Below, piece after piece: positions 9,654 to 18,013 of a stretch of DNA of 64,000 nt (position 1 is the stretch's first letter; the number at the start of each line of letters is the position of its first letter). The notes beneath the pieces are model-generated. The model did no database searches. It was given only the letters and a program-made list of their open reading frames with translations, and was not told where the DNA came from. Source of the stretch: an uncultured Geobacter sp. (GTDB lineage: Bacteria; Desulfobacterota; Desulfuromonadia; Geobacterales; DSM-12255); assembly GCA_937871715.1 (NCBI GenBank), contig CALMOE010000153.1, positions 996 through 64,995 of the forward strand, written 5' to 3'. The translations under genes and the position numbers were made by a program.

Positions 9654-10853
9654 CTACTGCTTTTTCTCACCGGGCTTTGCAGCCGCGCCGGCCGGTGCGC
9701 TATCCGCCGCTTTGCTGCCGAAGGGGACCGCCTTGACCTGCGTCCCTGGCCTCCCCTTCTGTACCCCCTCGAGGATGACCCGCTCTCCTGGCTTGAGCCC
9801 GTCTACAACCAGCCAGCTGTCGCCTATGGTCCGCTCGGCCTTGATTATCCTCGACTCCACCTTCTCCTCGGCACCCACCACCATGACTATCGCATTACCG
9901 GACGGATTGCGGGTCACCCCCCTCTGGGGGACGAGGATCGCCTGCTCCTTCACCCCCTCCTGGAGAACGGCGCGGACGAACATGCCGGGGAGCAGAACCT
10001 GCTTCGGATTTGGGAAAAGACAGCGAAGGGTCACGGAACCGGTGGCCGGATCAACCGTGACGTCGGAAAACTTCAGGGTTCCTTCCAACGGGTAAGGTGC
10101 GCCGTTCTCCAAGATCAGCCTCACCTTCGCCCTGGCCGCAGCACCCCGCTGCAGCTGACCGCTGGCGAAGCTCTGCTGCAGGCGAAGGATTTCGGCGCTG
10201 GACTGGGTGACATCCACGTACACGGAATCCATCTGCTGAATCGTGGCCAGCGCGGCACTCTGGTTTGCCGTCACCAGGGCGCCGGTGGTCAGGGAGGATT
10301 TGCCGATCCTGCCGGAGATGGGGGCGGTAACCCTGGTATAGGCCAGGTTGATCCTCGCCGTCTCCACCGCCGCCTTTGCTGCAGCCAGCTCGGCCTCGGC
10401 CAGTTTCAACCCGGCGAAGGCGTTGTCGTAATCCTGCTGGCTCACCGCCCTGCTCTTCACCAGCTCCCGGTAACGCTCCTCTTTGAGCCTTGCCGGGAGG
10501 AGATTGGCGTCGGCCCTCGCCTCCGCCGCCCTGGCGCTGGCGAGGGACGCCTGGTAGGTTGCCGGATCTATCTGGTAGAGTAGCTGCCCCGCCTTCACGT
10601 CGCTCCCCTCGGTGAAGAGCCGCTTCTGGATGATGCCGCTCACCTGCGGCCTGACCTCGGCCACCAGACAGGCGGAAGTTCGCCCCGGGAGCTCGGTGGT
10701 GACGGCCACCCGCTCGGGCTGCACGGTCATGACCCCCACTTCGGGCGGGCCTGCCTGAGGCGGCTTGGCCGCCTCCTTCTTGCCGCAGCCGGCGACCAGC
10801 GCCGTAAAGAGCCCTACCCCCACCAACACCCCTCTTGCTATCCCTTTTTGCAT
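9654..10853 (-). CDS. RND efflux periplasmic adaptor (AcrA/MexA family lipoprotein)
   Basis: Start at MQKGIARG (SD gaggtg 5 nt upstream). Lipobox LVAGC. Coiled-coil hairpin and barrel-sandwich hybrid motifs. Confidence 0.9.
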   Translation of the reverse strand: MQKGIARGVLVGVGLFTALVAGCGKKEAAKPPQAGPPEVGVMTVQPERVAVTTELPGRTSACLVAEVRPQVSGIIQKRLFTEGSDVKAGQLLYQIDPATYQASLASARAAEARADANLLPARLKEERYRELVKSRAVSQQDYDNAFAGLKLAEAELAAAKAAVETARINLAYTRVTAPISGRIGKSSLTTGALVTANQSAALATIQQMDSVYVDVTQSSAEILRLQQSFASGQLQRGAAARAKVRLILENGAPYPLEGTLKFSDVTVDPATGSVTLRCLFPNPKQVLLPGMFVRAVLQEGVKEQAILVPQRGVTRNPSGNAIVMVVGAEEKVESRIIKAERTIGDSWLVVDGLKPGERVILEGVQKGRPGTQVKAVPFGSKAADSAPAGAAAKPGEKKQ

Positions 10854-10919
10854 GGTGCACCTCGTTGCTATTTGCGAATGATTATTCATTCTGATTATCC
10901 TGTGGGTGGGCAGAGCCGG

Positions 10920-11492
10920 CTAGCGCCGGACAGCATCCCAGCACGCCTCGGCAATACGGTCAATCAACGCTTCATCCAGGGCGATGAACTGCAGGATGTG
11001 ATCCCGGCAGGCATCGGCCAACGGCCCGAAGGTGAGGGCGCAGAGGATCGGCAACGGCAGATCCTTGATGATCTGCTGACCTTGCCCCTCCTCGAACACA
11101 GTCATGACAATGCTCTTCTCCTTGTTGCCGAAAAGCTTGTCGCGGCGATGGGCAACGCCGTAGGGGGAGTTGTGAAACTGCTCAAGAAAGCGGAATTCCA
11201 TCGGTGAGGAGAGGAAGTAATGCACCAGCCTGCTGCAGATGTGCAGGTAGCACTCCCTGATCGGGCGACCCTCCGGATATCCGGCCATGATGGCCCCCAG
11301 GATCTGCTCCTCCAGCTGGGCATAGGTATCGCAGATGAGCACATCCTTGTTCTCGAAATATCGATAGATGGTCCCGGCTGCAACCCCGGCCCTTTCAGCC
11401 ACCATTGCCATGGGTGCGCCGTGGAAACCGTGCTCGGCGATAAGCTCCATGGCAGCACGCACTATTTCGTCTCTCTTGTCAGGCCTGCTCAT
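10920..11492 (-). CDS. TetR/AcrR-family repressor, first gene of the efflux operon
   Basis: ATG at 11492 (SD ggtggagag). The HTH IVRAAMELIAEHGFHGAPMAMVAERAGVAAGTIYRYF is the TetR_N signature. Confidence 0.9.
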   Translation of the reverse strand: MSRPDKRDEIVRAAMELIAEHGFHGAPMAMVAERAGVAAGTIYRYFENKDVLICDTYAQLEEQILGAIMAGYPEGRPIRECYLHICSRLVHYFLSSPMEFRFLEQFHNSPYGVAHRRDKLFGNKEKSIVMTVFEEGQGQQIIKDLPLPILCALTFGPLADACRDHILQFIALDEALIDRIAEACWDAVRR

Positions 11493-11510
11493 CTCTCTCT
11501 CCACCAAACT

Positions 11511-11526
11511 GAATGAACGTTCATTC
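11511..11526. promoter_or_regulatory. Candidate TetR operator O1, perfect 16-bp palindrome GAATGAACGTTCATTC
   Basis: Perfect dyad 19 nt upstream of the tetR ATG. Confidence 0.55.
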
Positions 11527-11556
11527 CGTTATCTCTTATAAAAAAAACTCTGTCAA

Positions 11557-11572
11557 GGGTGAATGTTCACCC
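11557..11572. promoter_or_regulatory. Candidate TetR operator O2, GGGTGAATGTTCACCC
   Basis: 7-bp arms. It shares the core TGAAYGTTCA with O1, 46 bp centre to centre, and overlaps a possible -35 (TTCACC) for a TATAAG -10. Confidence 0.5.
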
Positions 11573-14311
11573 CTATTTCAGAAAACCTCGCCGCAGCAGC
11601 CATTTAAAGATCTCCAGAACAGGTACAATCGAGAATGCCACGGAGAGTCCCACTGCCAGGTCTGCAAGGGTGAGATGGACAATGCCGAAAATCGTGCGCA
11701 GGAATGGGAGGTTGAGGATCAGCAGCAGCAGTACGAGCTCCCAGACAATGGCGACATTCAGCCAGTGGTTCGACCATGGCCGCTTGAAAACGGAATTCCT
11801 CTCCGAGCGGAAACTGTACGCCTTGCAGAACTGGATCATCACCAGGTTCACGAAGACCATGGTCATGGCATACTCCAGCCTCTGGTCTGCAGACATTGCC
11901 CAGACAAAGAGGAGCAGGTTGACCAGCGCGGACCAGATCCCACCTGCCAGGATGAGGATTAACACCGGACGGGAGAATATGCCGCTGCGCGGATCCCGGG
12001 GCCTTCTCTGCATGAGGTCCGGCTCCGGAGGGTCGACCGCCAGGGCCAGGGCAGGCAAGCCGTCGGTGGCCAGGTTGACATAGAGTATCTGCACGGCGCT
12101 CAAGGGGAGCGGCAACCAGATCAGGGTGGCAAGGGCCATCAGCCCTATTTCACCGCAGTTGGCCGAGAGGAGGTACATCAGGTATTTCTTGATGTTGTCG
12201 AAGATCCCTCTCCCCTCCTCCACGGCAGCAACGATCGAGGCGAAATTGTCGTCAGTGAGGGTCATGTCCGCCGCCTCCCGGGTCACATCCGTACCGCTGA
12301 TACCCATGGCGATGCCGATGTCGGCCTTTTTCAGGGCAGGCGCATCGTTCACCCCGTCACCGGTCATGGCGACGATGTGCCCCCTGTTCTGCAGGGCCGT
12401 GACGACGCGCAACTTGTCAGCAGGGGAGACGCGGGCATAAACCTGAATCGTTTCGACGGATTGCTCCAGGGCCGCATCATCGAGGGCTGCCAGCTCCCCG
12501 CCGGTTATCACCCGCCCCCCGGTCAGAATCCCCAGCTCCCGAGCAACTGAACGGGCTGTCAAGGGATGGTCTCCGGTAATCATTATGGGGTTTATCCCGG
12601 CGGCCCTGCATTTCCGGACCGCCTCCCAGGCCTCTTTCCGCGGTGGGTCTATCATGCCGAAAAGACCGAGGAACGTCATCTCCCGCTCAGCATTTTCCGG
12701 CGAAGCATCTCCCCTGGTGGCGACCGCCAGCACCCGCTCCCCATCCCCTGCCATGCGGCGGGCGGTCTCCAGGATCCGCTCCCGGCCTTCGGCATCCAGG
12801 TAGAGCTCCCCCTGGGATGAGTACTCCTTGACGCACGCATCGAGGATAACCTCCGGGGCCCCCTTGGCGTAGGCCGTCACCCCACCCCCCATGCTGTGGA
12901 GCGTCGTCATCCTCTTGGACTCGGAGGAGAATGGTATCTCGGCTATGCGGGGGAAGAGCCCCTCAACCTCCCCCTTTTCCAATCCAGCCTTGGCGGCGGC
13001 CACAACCAGTGCCCCTTCGGTGGGATCCCCCTTTATCTCCCAGACATCCTGGGACTCCTGCCTGACCAGCTCAGCATCCGATGAAAGGAGGGCGGCTTGC
13101 ATCAGCAATAAGAGGTGGGAGGTCGGTGCAATAATTTTGCCGTCAACCAGAAACTCACCCTCGGGAGCATAGCCTCCCCCGGAGACACTTATCATCTCTC
13201 CGCCAACGGCAATGGTGCGGACTGTCATCTCATCCCTTGTCAGCGTTCCGGTCTTGTCGCTGCAGATTACCGAGACGCTCCCCAATGTTTCCACCGCCTG
13301 CAGGCGGCGCATCAACGCATTACGCCTGACGAGGCGCTGCACCCCGATGGCAAGGGATATGGTTACGACAGCCGGCAGTGCCTCCGGAACCACTGCAACG
13401 GCAAGGGCAATGCCGAAAATTATCATATCAACCAGGGGCTGGCCGCGGAACAGGCCGAGGATGGCAATCAGCGCCACCACAACGCCTGCGGACCTGGCCA
13501 GAGCACTGCCAACCCTGTCCAGGTTCTCCTGCAGGGGGGTTCTGCCTCTCTCCACGCTCTGCATAAGGAGGGCGATTTTGCCGAATTCCGTCTCCATCCC
13601 AGTTGCAACTACCACGGCGCGCCCCCGGCCGTAGGTTACGACCGTGCCCGCATACCCCATGTTAGTCCGGTCCCCCAGCGCCACATCACTGCCGGTCAGA
13701 GGATCGGACTGTTTTGCCACGGCAACCGACTCCCCGGTCAGGGGAGCCTCATCGATCTGCAGGTTGACGCTCTGCACTATCCTCGCGTCAGCCGGCACCC
13801 TGTTGCCGGCAACGAGAAGGAGGAGATCACCGGGAACAATCTCCCGGGCAGGAAGATGGATCTCCCTGTTGTCGCGAAGTACCGTCGCAGCCGGGGCAGC
13901 CATGCGCCGCAGGGCCTCAATGGCCAGTTCTGCCCGATACTCCTGGATGAAGCCCAGAGCTACCGCAAAAAGGACGATTACGGCAATGGCAATGGCTTCG
14001 TAGCCGTGCCCGAGAAAAACGGAGAGGAGGGATGAAATCAGCAGGATTACTATGAGAAGGTTCTTGAACTGCTGCAGCAGAAGGCTCCAGGCCGAGACCC
14101 GGCCGGATGACTGCAGCTCGTTCGGGCCGAACTGCTCCAGGCGACTGGCAGCCTCGACGCTCGACAGGCCGTCAGTGGTTGTATCCAGATCACGGCAGAT
14201 GACTGCAACCGGGACCGTATGCCATCCCCTATGGGATCCAGAGGGGTAACGGGCATGGTTGGCCGCCTCCATCTTGGTCATATAGGATAGCCTCCTACCT
14301 GCCCGCCCCAC
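11573..14311 (-). CDS. Cation-transporting P-type ATPase, P2 (Ca2+/SERCA-like) subfamily
   Basis: Cation_ATPase_N start, phosphorylation site SDKTGTLT, hinge TGDGVNDAPALKKADIGIAMG, 10 TM helices. Confidence 0.9.
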   Translation of the reverse strand: MGRAGRRLSYMTKMEAANHARYPSGSHRGWHTVPVAVICRDLDTTTDGLSSVEAASRLEQFGPNELQSSGRVSAWSLLLQQFKNLLIVILLISSLLSVFLGHGYEAIAIAVIVLFAVALGFIQEYRAELAIEALRRMAAPAATVLRDNREIHLPAREIVPGDLLLLVAGNRVPADARIVQSVNLQIDEAPLTGESVAVAKQSDPLTGSDVALGDRTNMGYAGTVVTYGRGRAVVVATGMETEFGKIALLMQSVERGRTPLQENLDRVGSALARSAGVVVALIAILGLFRGQPLVDMIIFGIALAVAVVPEALPAVVTISLAIGVQRLVRRNALMRRLQAVETLGSVSVICSDKTGTLTRDEMTVRTIAVGGEMISVSGGGYAPEGEFLVDGKIIAPTSHLLLLMQAALLSSDAELVRQESQDVWEIKGDPTEGALVVAAAKAGLEKGEVEGLFPRIAEIPFSSESKRMTTLHSMGGGVTAYAKGAPEVILDACVKEYSSQGELYLDAEGRERILETARRMAGDGERVLAVATRGDASPENAEREMTFLGLFGMIDPPRKEAWEAVRKCRAAGINPIMITGDHPLTARSVARELGILTGGRVITGGELAALDDAALEQSVETIQVYARVSPADKLRVVTALQNRGHIVAMTGDGVNDAPALKKADIGIAMGISGTDVTREAADMTLTDDNFASIVAAVEEGRGIFDNIKKYLMYLLSANCGEIGLMALATLIWLPLPLSAVQILYVNLATDGLPALALAVDPPEPDLMQRRPRDPRSGIFSRPVLILILAGGIWSALVNLLLFVWAMSADQRLEYAMTMVFVNLVMIQFCKAYSFRSERNSVFKRPWSNHWLNVAIVWELVLLLLILNLPFLRTIFGIVHLTLADLAVGLSVAFSIVPVLEIFKWLLRRGFLK

Positions 14312-14455
14312 TTACCAGAGCGTTTAGAGCGATAGCCGGACTGTTTACCTCACCAATGGCATTAAATACCGGGGGATTTCGTCAGCTCCCCACAGGAGAC
14401 TCTCCACCAAGGCATTGCCGCCCCCAATGGGAAACTGAGTCGATTCAAATCCCCC

Positions 14456-14959
14456 CTACTCCTTCATGGCCCGCACCAGCAGCTCGTAGTCCTCCAGCAG
14501 AGCCTGCAGGTCCTCCTCGTGCTCCACCTCCTGCTGCAAAATGGTGAGGACCATGTTGTAGGTCACCGGATCCTTGTCCCTGGTGATGTCCAGCAGTTTC
14601 TTGTAGACACCGATGGCGCAGCGCTCCCCCTTGATGTTCTGCTCCAGCAGGGTCTTGACGAACGGGTCGTCCGGCGCCTCGTAGCCGCAGTTGGTATGGA
14701 TGTACCACTCGGCCGGCTTGGTGACCGGTGTCCCCCCCAGCTGGATGATGCGCATGGCAACCATGTCGGCATGGAGGAGCTCCTCGGTGGCGTGCTGCAA
14801 CAGCTCCGCGCCGACCGCGTCCTTCATCGGCCCCTTCACCAGCTTGGCACCGAGCCAGTACTGGTGGTAGGCCAGCCATTCGTCGCAGAACGCCCTGCGC
14901 AGCAAGCCGAGAAGCTCGTCCACATCCATGCCGATTATTTCGCGCCCCTTCGATCCCAT
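14456..14959 (-). CDS. Ferritin-like / Dps-like (DPSL-type) protein
   Basis: 167 aa four-helix-bundle pattern: EWLAYHQYW...ATEELLHAD...ERCAIGVYKKLL...QQEVEHEEDL (di-iron ligand spacing). Confidence 0.8.
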   Translation of the reverse strand: MGSKGREIIGMDVDELLGLLRRAFCDEWLAYHQYWLGAKLVKGPMKDAVGAELLQHATEELLHADMVAMRIIQLGGTPVTKPAEWYIHTNCGYEAPDDPFVKTLLEQNIKGERCAIGVYKKLLDITRDKDPVTYNMVLTILQQEVEHEEDLQALLEDYELLVRAMKE

Positions 14960-14986
14960 GACACCCCCCTTTCGCTCCTGTTGAGA

Positions 14987-15604
14987 TTACCCCTTGAGCT
15001 TAGCCGCGATCTTCGCCACATGCGCCCCCTGGTAGCGGGCGATTGCCAGTTCGTTCTCAGAAGGCCGGCGTGAACCGTCGGGCCCGGCCAGGGTCGTCGC
15101 CCCGTAGGGGGTGCCGCCGGTTATCTCGTCCATATTGAGCAGTCGCTGCTCGGTGTAGGGGACGCCGACGACGATCATGCCGTGGTGCAGCAGGGTGGAG
15201 TGGAAGCTGGTGATGGTCGTCTCCTGGCCGCCGTGCTGGGTGCCGGTGCTGGCGAAGACGCTCCCCACCTTACCCACCAGGGCCCCCTTCATCCAGAGCT
15301 TGCCGGTCTGGTCGAGGAAGTTGCGCATCTGGGCCACCATGTTGCCGAAGCGGGTCGGCGTGCCGAAGATGATCCCGTCCGCCTCTGCCAACCTCTCCAC
15401 CGTGGCGATCGGCACATGGGCGAAGGCGGCCCTGGCCGCCTTGGCGCCGTACTGCTCCAGCACCCCGTCCGGGATCAGCTCCGGAACCTGCAGCAGCTCA
15501 ACACTGCTCCCCTCCACACTGCGAGCGCCGGCGGCAACAGCCTCGGCCATGGTGTAGACATGGCCGTACATGCTGTAGAATATCACCTGGATATTGATTG
15601 CCAT
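14987..15604 (-). CDS. wrbA: NAD(P)H:quinone oxidoreductase, type IV flavodoxin-like
   Basis: [23 protein letters not shown]...[10 protein letters not shown]...[12 protein letters not shown] is the WrbA signature. Confidence 0.9.
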   Translation of the reverse strand: MAINIQVIFYSMYGHVYTMAEAVAAGARSVEGSSVELLQVPELIPDGVLEQYGAKAARAAFAHVPIATVERLAEADGIIFGTPTRFGNMVAQMRNFLDQTGKLWMKGALVGKVGSVFASTGTQHGGQETTITSFHSTLLHHGMIVVGVPYTEQRLLNMDEITGGTPYGATTLAGPDGSRRPSENELAIARYQGAHVAKIAAKLKG

Positions 15605-15779
15605 GGGTTACCCCCATTCTCGAATTATAACTACCAGAAAATTCTAACAGACGTGGGGGTGAGCGCAACAGCATGGATGATGAGGAGCGGCTTTAACTAT
15701 GGTGAGGTGGGATGGAGAAGCATGGAGGCCAGGCTTCAAGCAGTGGAAGGATGGTAATTTGTCGCGGCGAGTGCCGCGT

Positions 15780-16451
15780 TTATGCAGGGATATGACCGCT
15801 GCCCTGGGAGTCCCCCCCTTCGAACATGGCCTGTAGACCTGCCATGCAGCGGTCGAGACAATCAGGGCACATGCCGTGGGTGAAGGAGGCGTCGGTATGC
15901 TCGCAGATGTACTCCTCCAGGTTCTGCCATAGCTGCCTGTCGTTGCGTATCTTCTTGCAGTACATGCAGATGGGGATGAGCCCCTCAAGGTGCTTGATCC
16001 GCTTGATGGCGCTCTCCAGCTCAAACGTCCTCGCCTCCAGCGCGGCTCGCTGCTCCTTGAGCTGTTCGTTGCGCAGCTTGAGCTCCAGCTGGTTCCTTAG
16101 CCGCAGCCTGACATGGGCGATGTTGAACGGCTTGCAGATGTAATCAACCGCCCCGAGCTGGAGCCCCTGCAGCTCGCTTTCGCCGCCGCTCAGGGATGTT
16201 ATGAAGATGACAGGGATCTCCCCGTAGCGCTCGTCCCCCTTGAGGATGCGACAGAGGTCGAAACCGCTCATCTCCGGCATCATCACATCCAGGAGGATGA
16301 TGTCGGGAAGCTCACTTCCCAGGATGGAGAGGGCTTCTAAACCGCTGCTTGCCAGGAGTATCTCATGGCTGCCACGCAAGATTGTGTTGAGCAGAATGAG
16401 GTTTGCCTGCTCGTCATCTACCACCAGGACCTTGGACCTTGCGGACTCCAT
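15780..16451 (-). CDS. Response regulator: REC domain, coiled-coil linker, Cys/His-rich C-terminal module
   Basis: REC motifs VLVVDDE, ILLDVMMPEMSGF and ICKPF. C-terminus is PICMYCKKIRNDRQLWQNLEEYICEHTDASFTHGMCPDC (CxxC-x17-CxH-x6-H-x2-CxxC). Confidence 0.85.
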   Translation of the reverse strand: MESARSKVLVVDDEQANLILLNTILRGSHEILLASSGLEALSILGSELPDIILLDVMMPEMSGFDLCRILKGDERYGEIPVIFITSLSGGESELQGLQLGAVDYICKPFNIAHVRLRLRNQLELKLRNEQLKEQRAALEARTFELESAIKRIKHLEGLIPICMYCKKIRNDRQLWQNLEEYICEHTDASFTHGMCPDCLDRCMAGLQAMFEGGDSQGSGHIPA

Positions 16452-16640
16452 GCACCCTCCAGCCTGTCCATTTCACATAGATTGACAGGCAACGGCTGAA
16501 AGCAAACACCGATATGAACGGAAGCAATATATTCCTCTTCGCGAAAGAGATCAAGCATTCAGAACGATACCCATCCGTATGTCGCCAGGCAAAGAAAGCG
16601 TTTCAGTTCCCCCAACTGATTTAGCAGCCACAGGCAGTTC

Positions 16641-17204
16641 TCACCCCGGCCTGGAGAGGATGGAGAGAAGCTTGACAGGGGTGCCGTCCGACGAACAGAG
16701 GGAGTGGTTGGTCTCTGCGTCGAAATAGATGCAGTCGCCGCTCTCCAGCACGACGCTCTGGTCACCGTAGCAGATCGCAACCTTGCCGGCCATGACGAAG
16801 ATGAACTCCTCGCCGCCATGGCTGTGACCCTTGTCATCCCGGCACGCTCCAGAGATATCGACGATCATCGGCGCCAGCTTCTTTGCAAAACGGCTGTTGG
16901 CAAATATCTCCACAGCCAGCTTCTCCGCCACATCGGCCGAAACGCCCATCTGCATCCTGTTGGTAGCTGCACGGACGACCTCGAAACGGCAAGGCTCCTC
17001 GGTTTCGGCGAAGAAATCCACCATCTTCACGTCAAAGTACCTGGCGATCCTCGTCAGGGTAGCTATGGGTGGTGAAATGTGGCCGTTTTCAATCTGGGAA
17101 ATCAGGGCGGTGGACACCCCGATATCCGTAGACACCTTCTGCAGCGTCAACCTCCTGTCGTGACGCAGCTTCCTTATCTTTGCTCCGATATTGTATTCAG
17201 ACAT
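16641..17204 (-). CDS. XRE-family HTH regulator with C-terminal cupin domain
   Basis: IGAKIRKLRHDRRLTLQKVSTDIGVSTALISQIENG (HTH_3), then a cupin region HGGEEFIFVMAGK...GDCIYFDAETNH. Confidence 0.85.
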   Translation of the reverse strand: MSEYNIGAKIRKLRHDRRLTLQKVSTDIGVSTALISQIENGHISPPIATLTRIARYFDVKMVDFFAETEEPCRFEVVRAATNRMQMGVSADVAEKLAVEIFANSRFAKKLAPMIVDISGACRDDKGHSHGGEEFIFVMAGKVAICYGDQSVVLESGDCIYFDAETNHSLCSSDGTPVKLLSILSRPG

Positions 17205-17243
17205 CCCCGCCCCCTTCAGCACTTCCCTACGACTAAGGCAAAC

Positions 17244-17747
17244 TCAACACTCAGGGAGTTCGCCCTTACCTCTGACAATATCCGCATGACCTCGTATAAG
17301 CAGCGGCGAAACGTGCTGCACGCCGAGGATGGCGACGAGTCTTGTCATGCTCGCATCTATGGCCTGCAGATCCTCCTTCGCCATGGTCTCCAGCCCACGG
17401 ACCAGGCTCCCCTGGATAACCCCCGGCGCAGTCGAGACCAGCTCCCTCCCCGTGGGGGAGAGCTCGATCATGACCTCCCTGCGGTCCTGCTGCGAGCGGA
17501 CCCTGGAGACCAGCCCCTTCTTTTCCAGGCGGTCGAGAATGCCGACCACCGTGCCGGGGCGGACAAACAACAGGGAGGCCAGGTCACTGACCCTCAATGG
17601 CCCGTTCTCGGAGATCATCTTGATCGCCCAGAGCTGGGGGCCGGTCAGGCCGGTCTCCATGTTCGCCCGTTTGGAGTAGTCGTTGAATGCCTGGAATACC
17701 CGCCTTATGTTGTTGATGATGCTCTCCACGCAAGGATCAGCATTCAT
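17244..17747 (-). CDS. MarR-family transcriptional regulator
   Basis: GLTGPQLWAIKMISENGPLRVSDLASLLFVRPGTVVGILDRLEKKGLVSRVRSQQDRREV is a winged-helix MarR core. Confidence 0.85.
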   Translation of the reverse strand: MNADPCVESIINNIRRVFQAFNDYSKRANMETGLTGPQLWAIKMISENGPLRVSDLASLLFVRPGTVVGILDRLEKKGLVSRVRSQQDRREVMIELSPTGRELVSTAPGVIQGSLVRGLETMAKEDLQAIDASMTRLVAILGVQHVSPLLIRGHADIVRGKGELPEC

Positions 17748-17948
17748 GCACGCCCCCGAACACACAAATTAGTTTCTATGCAAATCATTCATACACTAAC
17801 TATAGAGAGTCGGTAAAGTGGTAATGTTTGCCGGCGACTTGAAAATGCCTTGGATGGGCAAGGTAATAGAGGAGATGAAACTCAACCGAGAAGAGTAACT
17901 ACGGCAGATCTCGCAAACCTGGCCACCACTGTTCTCTATGCACTCGGC

Positions 17949-17981
17949 AAAAAATGGTGGCGGTGCCGTGACACCGCCACC
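17949..17981 (-). terminator. Rho-independent terminator of the large lipoprotein gene
   Basis: On the minus strand: ggtggcggtg-tcacgg-caccgccacc followed by ATTTTTT, 33 nt after the stop codon. Confidence 0.75.
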
Positions 17982-18013
17982 CGATAAACTCGGCGAAGAA
18001 GATGAAGCTCCAG

